Shown here piece by piece: positions 40,001 through 55,000 of a DNA stretch of 64,000 nucleotides. A program made the translations under genes and the position numbers. Below the pieces are notes generated by a model, which was not told the DNA's origin, did no database searches, and saw only the letters and a list, made by a program, of their open reading frames with translations. Within the stretch, counting starts at the first letter, position 1; each line of letters begins with the position of its first letter. This stretch comes from Bispira polyomma (lineage: Eukaryota): positions 35,588,001 through 35,652,000 of the forward strand of contig OZ287756.1 in assembly GCA_965649765.1 (NCBI GenBank), given 5' to 3'.

Positions 40001-43000
40001 GTAAGTATAAAAAACTAGAACAGAAAATATAAAAGGTTAGAATAGAAAATAAAAAATACATGTCCAGTGTCAACACTTTAGAAGGGGGTGCAAAATATGG
40101 CAAGGGGGGGTTTGATATGGTAGGGGGTGCATAATATGACAAATCCCTTGCCATATTTTACACCCCTGATGCATTTTATGGGGGATGCAAAATATGGCAT
40201 TACACCGGTAAAATCTTCTTCCAGTAAAAGTCACAACTTAATCAGCAGGTCAAGTTTCCAACGTATCACTGAATCTCTTTCGGATACAAGACGTCGTTAT
40301 AACTGTAATAGAACAAAAAAATGGAGAAATCTAAGTCAAAATCTTATAGTAAATAAACACATACAGGGGTGGACAGCTTAGCGGACGGGACAGCGATAGC
40401 GGACAGTAACTTAAAACATAAAATTTGTTGTATTTAAAAAGCCATCTATAAAATATAAAGTACTTCTAACACTAATTTATCTAGTAAGACAGACTTTACA
40501 TTTAAAATCGGTCAGATTACTTGGTAAATGGATTAACTGTGTACATTTGAAGTTACTGTCCGCTAAGCTGTCCACTGTCCGCTACACTGTCCACCCCTGT
40601 AACTACAGATAGTCAGAAATACAACAGTACCTTTACTGTACCAATGCATCCCAAACCCATCAAATGTCAGGTTGTTGGTTTGTTTGTTTTTTGCACCAGT
40701 AACCTTATCTTAATAAATACAACCGGAAGTCCTGACATATTTTTGTTGTTCCTTCAGTCAAAAGTATCTAATTTGTATAATATAAAAAGTTCAGTTTCTT
40801 TTTTGCATCATTTGCACCAGTGACCCATTATTTATCACAAAGTGTTGACATTTTATCAAAAACAAAACACGAGGGGAGACGTGGGGTGGGTTTGACACAC
40901 GGGGGTAGACTGTATTTATACCACACTACTACCAGAAGTCAGATCTGGGATTATCGCCCGGTCACCAGCGTCCTATTCCACGCCCTGATACGCCCAGCAA
41001 GAGCCTACCAAGCAGGAATGTCATAAATCTCGTCTGCGAGACAGTGAGGCGCCCTCTTGCGAAAAGTCCCGAAGTCATGCATCATATTTTATTCATTTAA
41101 CCCTTAAGCCGGGAGAATAATCCATCAATTACCCCCACGGTTGGGGGCTATCTTACAGTTTACTCCCAGACTAGTAGAGTAGCGTAGTTTGTTATCAGAT
41201 TCTCCGTCCGTTTGTTCCCCGGTTCAGTTTCTATCAACCAATGGACCCCAAGTTGAGAGGCATCTCTCTTTTTTATCTCTTCACTCTAGCCTTGGGTAAG
41301 GCTCAAACTCGTCAACGTATATTATATAATCTTTAGTTCAGAGTGAACTGCCATAATTAAAGTAACAAGACGATATACTTGCCAGTGATCTACTAGAACA
41401 GATGTCTGTGTGTGTATAGAAGAAATATAAGAGTACATTATGCCATTCAGGTGTAGCTGTTATGTATCTAGAATCTTGAAGTAAAGACTTCATTATCTAT
41501 AATTTTAATATACAAGGGTGTTTAAGGGATTGTGGCTGTCACAAAGGCCATCTTTTTTTTATCAGATGCCGCCTGATTTTGTTTTTATTTTGAAAAGGGC
41601 GCCATCTTAAAATAGAAATCATAATATGTAAAGTCTTAATGGATTGGTTAGAAGCAATCGACACAGCCAAAAGTGAGGGGTGTCAGCTTTATTGCTATCA
41701 AGGACAGCCTGGGGCCTGAGTATATAGTGGGTCAGGTCAAGGTTAGTGTATTTCACACTCTGCACCTGTGTCTTTTTTAAAAGTTAATTCTTGTTCATGG
41801 GAAGTTAGGGCTCCAGAAGAGATTAATCTGATGTTATTTTCGTAAGTTAGACTTCATATCTACAAAAACACAAGCAATCTTTCTTGACATCTTCCTTACG
41901 ACCGATGCTATGTTTTATGGACTTCTCTATGGGTTAAAACAGATTATGTTGTTGCGCTTTAGAAGATTCCTTGCATCAATAAGGCATGTTAAAAATACAA
42001 TATCATTTTTATTATCGTTATTATACCCCACTGGCGCCTTACACGAGGCTACCCTCTCCAGATTCCACACATTTCGTCCCCCCAGTGACGTGCAGTGCAG
42101 TGGTACTGGCGATACACACAACCACAAAGTCTTGTATAGGTTCTCTACACATTTGTTTTAACACTTGCTAATTTCCCTTGACTGATCACTAACCTGAAAG
42201 ACAGCCAGACTTTTTAGCCCCTGAACACAAACCTTGTGTTGAGACAAGGGGCCATGTGTCATATACTGACTTGAAATGTGCTGACTGAAGCCTTAAGTGG
42301 TCCTCTTCTGTTGTAAGAGTCATTTCTACCTACCTAACTGTGTACTCCTTATTATTTTGGCCACAGAGACTCCAGCTTCCTGAAGACTAAATTTAAATTT
42401 ATTTGTTTTACTTTCAACATCTTTGGTCATATTGTGACGGTCAGATTTATTGGTAGTAGAAACTGGTACTATTTGTACTGTGGACGACTGACCTACGGCA
42501 AGTACCTGCCAGATTTACTCACATAAGAAAACCAGTGGGATTAAAACCCCTACACTGCCCTCAGAACTAGTGATATTAGAGCAGACACTTAGAACCACTG
42601 CTCACCGAGGTCACTTACAGATACAACACAAAGAAAACGATGCAAACGTTATTTTGATGAAGTCCTTTCTTAAAAGGTGGTTGCTCCTCCACACTAGAGT
42701 CCTCTGAACAGTTACACTGTTTCTCACCAGTCTAATGACGGGTCTTCTGCCTTAGTGTTTAGTGTTCCTGTAGAAGTTCTAGGGACCAGTTCATATTTAG
42801 GTATATCAAGATGCTGTATAAAAGTACCATGATCAATTCTAGACATACAAACTAAATCTAAATATTATTGATTGAATCAGGGCCTTTATAGGTCTAGATA
42901 TTTTGCTTATATGATATTTGTTCAGGTATACATTAGGCTAATGTGTGGAAAGTATATTTTCTTTTGTTCGACCATATGTGATAAAAAAGAAACTATGATT

Positions 43001-46000
43001 AACGCGTGATACTGTCACCATATAGAGTAAGATTTTGTGTAAAACATTGCTTAGTAATGCACTAATAAATAATTTCCCCCCATAAAAGTTCATTTCATTT
43101 TAAATACGAAAACTAACAGATATATAACCTCACACAAATTTAGACGATTTTACTGTATTTAATCCTTAACATCTGCCCCATAAAACAGCAAGTCTTTTAA
43201 CCCCAGATTAAGTTTTCTAGTCTGGACACTAAACCCGGATTCAGCTCTATCCGGTTCAATCCCGAATCCGGGTCAATCCGGATTAGTCTGAACGGGCCTT
43301 ATATAAACCGAGACTTATTTACAATTACAAGGTATCTAAACCAACTACATTTGAGTCATTAATACATAAGTGTCTTCATTGATTTCAGAATGGTGGTGAC
43401 TACAACAATACCAGCGGATCTGACGCAGATTACGCCGAGCCAAGTGCATGCGTGGGATGTGGCGCCAAAATTCTCGACCGTTACTTTCTGGTGACGGCCG
43501 ACAAACAGTGGCACGTGAGCTGTTTACGTTGTAGTGAATGTCACGTGTCACTGGACTCTGAACTCACGTGTTTCTCTAAAGATGGAAATGTCTACTGTAA
43601 AGAGGATTATTACAGGTAAGCTGGTAGTATTTGCCTTAGTTTGGGGTTTAAACGTCACTTTTAACACATCTTTTGTCATATCATCATGACAATTGCACTA
43701 GTGGAAGAAATCAGTAAACATTGTATTTGGTCAAGGGTTTCTACTCTGTAAACCTGTAAAAATAGCTTGTACAGTAATGAGAGTTACCTAAATAAATGTG
43801 AATATGTAGATGTGAATAAATGTATTTTAATAATGTAAAGTAATTAGAGGTAATGCTGGTGATTTAGTGTATTACTGCTCAGTGTGAGGACGGTTCCCTA
43901 GCGACTGTGGGTTAATACATTAGAACTATGCAACAAAGGTCAACCCCCTCCCCACCCCCCCCCCCTTGCCTTATTGCAATGAATGTGTAAGTCCTAATAA
44001 CCAAAATAACAATATTTTTGCAAGCTTTTTGATTATAGGAAAATGGTGGGGGGGGGGGGGGTATTTTGCATAATTTATATCTAGACTCATTAGCAAAGAT
44101 TAAATTTAAATATGCATTCATTGAAGAGATTAGTACCCTGCAAATATCATATTCACAGATCGAGGAGGATTCTCTAAATTCTCCCTTTTTATGCTTCACG
44201 AGTTTGGCTAATAAATTATTGAAGAAAAGTAACAGAGCTGTTCTGGTCGATTAACACAATTTACATGGTATCAGCTGGTGGGAACAGCTTAAGACATGGA
44301 TCTTGTGAGGAACATTCAGAGGGCCTCTTTTAGAAAAGGGTCTCTTTTAACAGTGTCATTAAATTCTCATAATAAAGAGACCTGTTTTCATCAATGCAAT
44401 AGCCCAAGGTAATTATCGACTTACTTTGTTGGGTTTATTCATTTAACAAACATCATTTGCAGTTGGACTAACTAGATAAATCAACAGATAAATATTAGGC
44501 CGATACAATGCAAGAACTTGTCACAGTGCAATAAGCATTGGTGTCTGTCTGCATTTGTGGAGGTATTCTGTTTTATATTTTATTTGCACACTGCTCACCA
44601 TTTGGTGAGAACATCTCACTCTGTCACTGCCTGAACAAATATTGTCACCCCAACAGCCTACTGTAGAAAACAGTGGACAAAAATCATGTGGATATCATTG
44701 CATGCTAAGCCAATTCTCCAGGGTGTGTGCTTTATCAGTTGCTGTTCTTCTGGTATTGACAAGAACACCAGTACAATACATTCTTGTATGGACAACAATA
44801 GGTATTTATCTAGATGTTGGCCAAAAAGTGGGGTGTCCTGTGGTGGTTTAGATCCTTCAAATGACATTTTATTGGTGTGTGCTTCACAAAGAATGTATCA
44901 TGCACAAGCATTGTATCTCTAATGGTCTTCCTTAGGCTCAGCAATTTGCTAAAATAAGGCTCAATTACTTGATAACTAACACATGAAAGTAGCATAAGTT
45001 CTGTATTAAATTAAATGTCCTCAATCTTATATGCTACAAACCAGCTTATTTATTATGATATCCCTAAGCAGTCTTATTAGAAGAGTAAACCATCTCACCA
45101 TCTCTGATTCTTCACCAAAAATATAGTGGGTTCCAGACGAGTTAAAGGCACTGCACTTTGTACATAGAATAATCTGCCAACACCCATACTAAAACAAAGA
45201 TTACAGACCTTTGGGAAAAATCTCAAAACCCTTTCTGTATCAAGTTCATTTTCCCTCCATAATATCATAATTTGTTGTATCTAATGGAGACTTTAATCGG
45301 ACCTACTCTGTGTTGAATCTTGATCAGGATATGTGCAACAGAGAATACCTGAACATTGATTGTAATGCTTTAGAATTTTGACATTAATATAATTACAAAG
45401 TAGTAATTGTTTTCCTTGCAGGGTGTTCTGTATCAAAATACATAAAGTATTCCAACGGTTAGTTTAGTTTGGGTTTATTGTTGCTTTCAACACGTATTGT
45501 ATCATATAATGAAGGATAGTTTACTGGTAGGAAAAATCAGAACATGGAAGTTGATCAAGGGTTTTGTTGTACAGCAAACCATCAGTCTTTGGCATATCTA
45601 CTGCCAACGTCCCTACATACAGGCCATTATATCGAGAGTAGAACCATACCTGCAGAAGTGGTAAGCGAGTGTGTTACCATGCTTCCAGCAGTGTATTCAT
45701 GAGACTTTGTTTACTATTTAAGATATCTATATTATAATTTACTGAATATAAATAACTTTATCTACAATGTTTAAGCCTATTGCAGGCTATTTTGTATTGT
45801 CAAGAGATGTGTAAAGCCCCGCCCACCAGTGTCTGTAGGGTCCTGTGTTTGAATGGCCATACATATCATGGGTTTAATTGACTGTGAGTGAGCTTTATAT
45901 ACATGTCTGTTCACACAGAATAGCATCCTCATTTTGCTCCACTGGTTTTCTGTGTATATTAAGTACTGACACTTTTGGTTTTGCGTTTCCCCTCTCATCG

Positions 46001-49000
46001 GAGCTGGACTTTAAGTTTTGACGAAAGTTTAGATTTACATACCAGCAGACATGTGCTTCACATTGGTAATAACATCAGTAGTTGGATAGTAAAAGCTTTA
46101 AAGATATTGAATATTTAATTTGAAATATCTAAGTTGGCATTTATTTATGATTCCAGTCACCCCTCCTACTTTATAACAATGGGCACATATGTATTCAACA
46201 TAAAATCACTTGAATTACACTTGATGCATATTGATATAAAACCCCAAAAATCTTTCTTGTGGTCATTTAGAGCTTGTCTATCAGAAGCTGTATAATACTC
46301 ATGACTTAAACCCAATCCAAATAGATGCAATTTGCAAACAGTAAATAAATTCCTACAGAAATCATGATCTAATTTGACATAAGAAATGCTTAAATAGAGA
46401 TAACACACTGTGTGGTTACAAGCATCCCCTATTGCAAGATTGTCCAAAAAGTAAAATCTAAAAAAACCTGGTACAAAATATTGGAAAGATAACTAATGGT
46501 AAGTTGGAAAAAACAACTGGAAATAGTATGCATGAAATACTTGTACTAAGATACTATTAACATTTACAAAAAAAATGTAAAATTGAACTGCAGAACAGAT
46601 GTGTTGTTACACAAGTTAAACTTAAGTCTGGGTTGAGTTTGAGAATGTACACGTTAGACGCGGGCCCCAGAAATCTAAGATGTCATATTTACAAGGAAAA
46701 CACAGAGGGCCACTCGTTGGAGACATGGCTTGTATGGAATAGAGTGCCCCATTTCGTGCGTCACTGGCTAATGTCACCACCGTCTGATGCGGTGGCCCAT
46801 GCCTAACACTGTCAAACTCTCTACTGAAATCCAACAACACTGTGTTTGATATCAGATTTTACAGTGAGATTGTATGTGGGGTGGGGGAGTGGAGGGGGTG
46901 TTATAGAAAAAGACACTAAAAACCCTGGATTCCCCCCTTGTCTCTGATCCCTTGTTGATACTTGATGTTCAAATGAGTGTAAAATGAGTTTCAAGACACC
47001 CTGGTCTCACACATTGGGGGTTTCAATGTTAGAAGGAGAGGGGGGGTAGAATTGAAAGTGCAAAAAACATTGGTATTTATATGTTAAGTAAATATTGATA
47101 CACACAAGCCATCGCCCCGTGAAAAGAATAAATGTTGTGGTCTGAACTGACTCCACGATTTGTTCAGATATCTCTGGTTCGGTTGACGTCTAGTCGTCTT
47201 CTTACGGCTCCATGTCTGATGCATTCAAGTCACTGTCAAACTATGCCATCTATGCAGTAGCACTAAAGCATAGCACACAGAGCTATTTACAAGCAAAATT
47301 TAAATGAATAGGGCCTGCCTCTATTTCCATATAGGAAATAATAGTCCATTTGTCAGTCAGCGTCATTCTGTAATATGGATTGTTTTGATAAAACAAAATT
47401 TTGAGAACCTAGTGAATTTGCTGATGGTAGAGCAGGATTAAGAAAGCGATATGAATCTACTCTACAACTAATAAAAGTATATTTGGAGACAATTGTTTAT
47501 TGTCATTTTGCATTACAGAAGAGTATGATGTTTCCATCATGTGCCAACCATTCACACTTGGTATTTGGTATTAAAGTCATTCAGTGAGTGTCAACTGTTA
47601 CTAGTTTAATAAGGGTGACCATTTAGCAAAGTCCCAAATGTCCTTTTATCAGCCACTGGGACTAGAACCTTAACAATGATAGAGAATCGTCTTTTTAGGT
47701 GTTTGACTTTTTGTGTATCTGTCTGTGTGCCTGGTCACCCCAGACTGGGATTGTATCCGGGTACTCTATGTTTTAAAGTTAGTGTGTTAACCACTGGGTC
47801 ACAGGCTTGCAGTATTATTAAATGTTTTGAGTCCAATATCTCATAAACTAAGCTGCAATATAGAATAAAAAGGTCCAGTTAAAATAACTATTGTGTCTGT
47901 ATTGTATTTTACATTGTATTTATGTGCCTTATTGATGCAAGGCATCTTGCAGAGCACAACAACACAATCAATTAACTAAATTGAGAAAGTTATATGTATG
48001 CCTTTTTTATTTACTTTTATAAGATTAGATCATTTGTATTTGACACAATTAAAATATAATTTCAGTTTTATTAAATCTATATAATGGAAGCTATTTCAAA
48101 CTTAATGAAATATTCAGTAATTAAATAGACATGTCTAGACTTCTCATTTATGCAGTCAATGAAGGCTTATCTTTGAATGTCATACACACACCTTAGTTTA
48201 TTAAGTAAACTGATATCATTACTACAGTAATGTTATGCAAACAAGCCCTTCTGTTTGAAGTTTAATTAAAAAACTGTCACATGACCTGTATCAACTGAAC
48301 ACGAGAAAAGAACTCCCTTTTGGTGGGAAAAAAGTTTGTGTTACAAACTCCGCCCATGATAGTCTGATTGTTTAGAGGAAGTCAGGTTTCAAAACATCAT
48401 TAAGATTCAAAAATGTAAATATTGATATTAAATGTTTGCACTTGTACTAGTCTTGAAACCTTATGATATACCAATTGAAGTTGTTAGTCTTTTTTATAAA
48501 TGTTCAGATATTCAGTAAGATTGTCAAAACAAGATACACATGAAAGTGAATGAAATAATTTGGGTTACTAAAGAAACTCTGTGTGGATTTTTTATACATT
48601 TTCTAACTTATGGTCTATTTGCAATGTTTACAGTGTTTATATTTAGCTTCTATATGGTCTTTATATCCATTATTTGGTGTTATTGTTATGAGAGTTAATT
48701 CTAGTAAATTAATAATCAATGACTAAAAACCCACACTAGTTAATTATTAAAACATATGCTGATTTCACTGACAATAGCATCAATTGAAAGAAATTTAGCA
48801 AGAACATTGACATGTTAGACATTTATTTTTGTTATTTCAGGAGGTTTGCTGTTAGGAGTTGTTCACGCTGTCAAATGCCCATATCTAGTCAAGAGCTTGT
48901 GATGAGAGCACGTGACCTGGTGTATCACGTGACCTGTTTCGCCTGTGCCTCCTGCAATGCGGTGCTAAACACCGGAGAACAGTTCGGCATGAGGGACAAT

Positions 49001-52000
49001 CTGATCTTTTGTAAACAACACTACGAGTTTCCTGCCGCCGTCGGGGATTTCCCACTGCAAAGTATGATGGGGGAGCTGAAAGACATGGGTACCAGTAGCA
49101 GCCTGAGTCCCCAGTATGGCTTCCCAGGGGTTACATCTCCCCCTAACAAAGGCAGGCCCCGAAAGAGGAAGCATCAGCCCCAATGTGGAGACCTGGAGAC
49201 CTACAGCACGGCACTCTGTAAGTAGTAGTTGTATATAGAGCCTGTGGATTTGTTGTGGGAAGTTGTAGGTTTAGAAAAGGTAAATAACAAACTTCCTAAA
49301 ATGGCATGTACATGCTGGTAATACTAACATCGGCCTAGGACTAGCACAACCCCTTATATACACACTTGTTTATTCATAGTATACATATTGCATACACATG
49401 TAATAGTAGTTGCTATGGAAACAAGATATGATCTGGTGTGATATTGGTGTGACCACAATTCCAAAGTACCAACGACAACCAAGGTCATGAACAACCAAAT
49501 TGAGGCTAAAAAGTTTCAAAGTTATCAAATAGTTTTTCAGAAGGTACATATTGTATAGAAACCAAATCCATTCACTTTTATTTGGAAAAACAAAATTTCA
49601 CTGTCTTATGGTACTTAAATACAATGTGAATTTATAGTGTAAATGATTTCTTAAGATATTATAGAGCACTGAAAAATATCTGGACCTGGTTTAATCTCTG
49701 AACTTTTCGGGATTATCACTAATGATAAATCTATAAAGACTTAAAAGAAGGATATAAAAATATATATGTATGTTTCAAAGTATGTCTTCATGTGAAAAAA
49801 TAACAACAGATAAAACACATGAGAGATTTATCACGTGTATCAGGGCAGTTTACTTCATCAAAGCCTTGGATTGGGTGAGGGCGAGTAGGGGTTAGAGTTA
49901 TATCACCTGAGGTAAGGGGTGGGGGAGTGGGGGTGAGGGAGGGGGTGTTAATCTGTGAGAAAGGTGGCAAGCTTCTGATCCATGGACCCCACACTTACTA
50001 CTATGTAATCACACAGTGTACTTAAGGGGATCTGATAAAACATATAGTAACATACACTCTGTACATAGACATACAATCGTTTTAGCAAAAAATGTATAAA
50101 TGATTTTAGTTCACTAAATAAATCTACCATAATGTGTTGAATTGTTGCTGATTACCTCCGCCATGGAGGCTAGGTTTTAATATGGAACACATAGGATTAA
50201 ATTACTGGTGTAAGTAGTTAATTTTTCTGTAAGTGAAGTTTGAATTAGTCTGTCCCATATGAATGGTCTCCGTGGCATAGCGATTCGAGTGTTCAATTGT
50301 TAATAAGAGGGTCACAGAGGGTCCCGGGTTCGATCCTCGCTGCAGGCTTAGAGATTGTAATCTTGGACAAGGTACTTTACACAAAGTTGTCCCTCTCCAC
50401 CCAGGTGTATAAATGGGTACCTGGCTGCTAATAGGTGTTAGTCTGAGTGGTTGACAAGTGGAAGAACCTAGGCTGGGTGTTTAAACTTTCAACTTATTCT
50501 TACATTTGCCCCTGTCTGTTAGTTTGTTTGTTAACAGTCTATTTATAAACACCACTAAACTGATTTTGACCAAAATAAATAAGCCATTACACTTTAGTTC
50601 AGATTCGGACAAAACTAAATAAGTACGGAGTATACACTGTTTACTGTAATGAGTATCTATATTATAACTAATGAGGGGGTTCCCAATATGACGGTATGGA
50701 AAGGCATTACGAGACATTTCAAAATGGCCTTGTAGTGCGAGGAAGCCTGTCTATAACTTTCCCCAACAATTCTATGTCTATAGTTAAAGCACATAGCCTT
50801 TGTATTTTGCCCCCGCCCCCCTAGGGCGGAGGGTTGCTCTCTACCGAGTACTCTTGTTAGAACTATGCTTTGTATAGACTAGCTCAATGTGTTTACCGTT
50901 ATAAAGACCGGAAGTGCACATAGAACACAAAAGCCGTCAGTGCGCAATTTGTAACTGTACTTTATCTAGGAGAATAGATCACGGATAAATAGTTCCGTCA
51001 GTAGCTACAAAAACAGTTCACAGTAAGTTGGAAAATATCTTATTATTTACTTTAAAATACACTGTTGTCAGTCTTTATAATATAAATAAAGTACACAGGC
51101 TTGTACTTCATTCGCGAATCAAGGACAGACTTCCGGCATAATAGACTCAGGTCTACCGGCCCTCATCCATTATTCCACCGTAAGCCAGTCCTTGATTCGC
51201 CAATAAAGTTCTCGCCCTTGAACTTTATTTCTACAATATACAGTAAATATAGAGCACTTGATTCTCTCTGTACTGTAAAATATCCAAGAGGCAGGCTGTT
51301 CTGGATTTGTCTCTTCTGTATACTAGATTAGAAAAGTAAGGTTTTATTTTAACTAGCACATATAGCTACTGAATTATATTAAGTTTGGCTCTAAATACCT
51401 CTATTGTAACACTTATAACTACCAGAGTACATTAGTAATTAGGTTTATTGTAATGGTACTTTTCCCTCCATCACTGGAGGCTTTAAAGACCATTGTTTCC
51501 TGTATATAAAAATAGCTTATCAAGGCTGATTATAAAACATGTAGTAACATAGATTATCCCACTTTTTTAATACAGGGCCCAAAAAGTTTTCTTTGAAACG
51601 AAGTTGAACACGTTCCTTTAATTTCCTGGAGTGTGCCTAATCCATTAATCCTTGTAATTTGTCAGTTTAATCCCACCCCCTCTTCCATCGCTAACCACCA
51701 TAAACAAACAACGACTATAATTAGTTCTAGTATTTTAATCTTTGATTTCAAAGTTCAGCCTTTTTTGTCAAATTAAGACTCTCATAAAGCCCAGCTGTGC
51801 ACGATTTCTACAAAGTAACCACGTTACTGAATAGAAAGGAATAGTTGTAGTAGTCTTTTTTAAGGCTACAATGTATACTATTAAAACACAAATATACACT
51901 ACTGAAAGAATAAAGCAACATACTATATTGTTTACACTAAGCTCACTGTTTTAGTCATACATACTGTTTAGGCCACAGTGATCAAATTGTTATAAGCATC

Positions 52001-55000
52001 TGCTTTGATATCAATAGTCCCTTACTTCTGACAATAAATGGGTTCGACTCATATTGATTCCTTCAAGTGGGAAAGTTTGTACTTGTCATAGTGCGGTTGT
52101 TTCCAGTACAAATAGTACCACTGGTTCCCACCACCAAAAAAAATCTGGCCATCACAAATGACCCAAAATGTTGAAAGTAATCAAGAACACAAATCAATTC
52201 AAATTCATGCATAGGGAGTTGGTCTGGTGATCAGAAAAGTCTTGGGGTTCGACTACCATTACAGGCTGCTAGTTTCATTTTAGTAGGATACCCTCTTTGG
52301 AGGAAGATGTGAACACGCATTTGCCTAGTATCTTCAATGACCACTTAAAATGGCGGTTCTCCAAGTAAATTATCATTGAGGACGTTGATGAATGGCCCGT
52401 AGGGCCATGAGAAAGCACATTTGAAATGATTCTATGTTGTGTAAGTGTGCTATAACAAATATCATCTGTTATGTTATATTGGACTTATAAACCACCATTT
52501 ACAAAGGTACATATTTTATGCCCAGTTTGAGCCCAAAGACGGGCTAGTTGTACTGTAGTTAGAGTATTGTGCTGGCTGAGTTTATCAGACTTTTCACAAG
52601 ATCTCTCTCTCAACATATCTTCACCCCAGATGTCTTCAATCATACATAATCGTCAACAGATCGCCCCCAGTTATCGCTCACCCCCACACTCAACTCTCGC
52701 CACAAAAATAACGCTTGTTGAAATAAATTTGCAAAGTTTTCCCCTTTTTTCGCATGATAGCAGACCTACAAATATAGTTTTTCTCCTTCTCACTCAGTTT
52801 TAGACACAGACTGTGCTTACCGAAATTGTTGTAATAGCAAATGGGCGGCTGATTATAAGACTTTTAGCTTTAAGACCTTTTGAGATTTGTAGCTTTTAGT
52901 TTTTTGTACATGCCAAAACTTTTGACTATTTATTTAATCTACTTCATTGCATATAACTTAAGCATCTACACTGCCTTTCTGGGACCAATATTATACCTTA
53001 AGAGTGTCTGTTTTACACAAAGACATAATTAAAAAGTTTACTGTAGCTTGTAATACCTGTTTCACTCTATATAAATGTACAGTAGCCTTTACAAATACAT
53101 CATATTTTCCTCACAAGTCTAATCAAACCTGGTTTTTTCCTCCACTAGAATATCTCACTCTCTAAGTTTTTAGATAGCTAGATACAAGAAAGTAATAAAA
53201 ATAGCCATTATCGCCCGCAAGTCAACAACACTGAGCCGAAAATATTATTGCTTATCAGTTAACTTCCCACAGTTTAGCCTAAGGCTTAACTTGCAATCTT
53301 TGTATTTTGTGGGGGTTATTTCATAGAGCCACAACTTCTGTGTTAAAAAGTGAACATTCAAAAAAAAAGCAGCCATATACATTTGGATAGAAACTCCAAC
53401 TCTTGATGTCACGTGACCTGTAATGCCATTAATATAGATTTTTTTATAACTGACTTTAGTTATCTCATAGTCTTCTAAACTGATGCCTGGAAATAAGTCA
53501 AAAATAGGTATTTAATAAACATATGATTTGTGAGCCTAGGTCCAACTTTGGTGATGTTACATTGATATCTCAGTACGACTCTGAAGCAATGCATATCACT
53601 AGTGATGGCTCCATGATCAAGTTTTATACGAGTTAAAAATGCCTAGGTTGAGTACGGCGACTCTCCGGTATCCCTGCTGTGCTTCTGCTGTGTGCAACTG
53701 GGGTGACAATTTAGTTTTAACCTGAATTATGGCATCAGTTTGCTCATTTCGGTGGAGGTTTTGTTAGAATGACCAAGTGTGTATCGTTTGCCATGTAAAT
53801 TGCCTAGTTAGACCCTCAATTGATTTAATAGATAAGGTAATGTGTTTTGAACTCGGCTCACAAGCCACTTTCCCAACCATCGTCTATTTAAAGACTGTCA
53901 AAAGAACGCACTAGTTGCACAAAGAATGAGGTCAAGTCGAGTCTAACTAGTGTACGACCAGTGAGGATTGTAGGTCACTTTAGATCTCCGACATCGCATG
54001 GCAGTCGCTAGCTAAGATCGTGAATGTGGGAGATGTTTTTTAATAAGGTCAGAAGATAACATTACGGTTTGATCCGGGTTCTGTATTTAGTTCATTCACA
54101 CAAACGTCTAGCCAAACTAATAACATTCTCTGTATATGAATACCTATTTAATTGATTTTTGGTAACATTAAGGTGGGGGGATTTCTAAACATAAATATGC
54201 AAAAAATATGCATGTAAATAGTGTTAGATTTGACCAGGGTTCTGTATTTAGTCTGCACTCATACACACACCCATACATTTACAGTGGCATTCACACACTA
54301 ACTCTTCCGATTCCACATACTTTGATACCTGTTTAGTATATATAACACCTGTAATCAGTCTAGTCGAGGACTTCATAACATTAGGAGATGATATTCGTGT
54401 TTTTGCTACATTCCTACTGTTATAGAAACCTCTCTGTATGTAACAAATACCAGTTAGCAGCTCCTGATTGCTAATCTACTTAACACAACAGACCACTTGC
54501 ATGCCACACACTTGATTTGTGTGAGAGAATGCTTTACCAGGCTTGACCATTGAACCTTCTGAGCTTCGAGTAGAATTTCAGATATCAATTGGTTTAAAAT
54601 GGAAATAAAAACAACTGTCATAAAATTGTATTATAGTTTGCCTATAATGATCCTTCTAGCATTTCTTTAATCTGCACTTAAACAAAATCTCAATACAGTG
54701 AAATCCATTTTTGTACAGAAAATTCTAGTTTAAGTCATTTATAGCTGTTTTTAAGTTGAGTATCATTTTCAAATGTCTCAAACTTATTACTTAAGATTAA
54801 AAACAAAAAAAAAAAAAACATGAAAGGAATGATTGATGAAGCATATTACAATTTAAATTTTCGCTTTAATGTACAATTTTTTTCCTTAATATTTCTTTTA
54901 TTTTTCATATCTGTTTCAAAGGCAATGAAGTAAACACAGAGAAAACTCTTCCCTATTCTAGGACTAAACTATAGTACTTTTCTCCACATGTTGGGAAGTT

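Noticed and set aside
43345-43551. Minus-strand ORFs over exons (also 48965-49183, 36616-36846)
   Set aside because: Antisense shadows of Lhx2/9 coding exons.
47110-47245. Acidic minus-strand peptide fragment (FDSDLNASDMEP*EDD*...)
   Set aside because: Two stops, short, no recognisable family.
49917-49946. G-quadruplex-capable tracts (also ~821-856, 27665-27730)
   Set aside because: G/C runs are common throughout this window; nothing indicates function.
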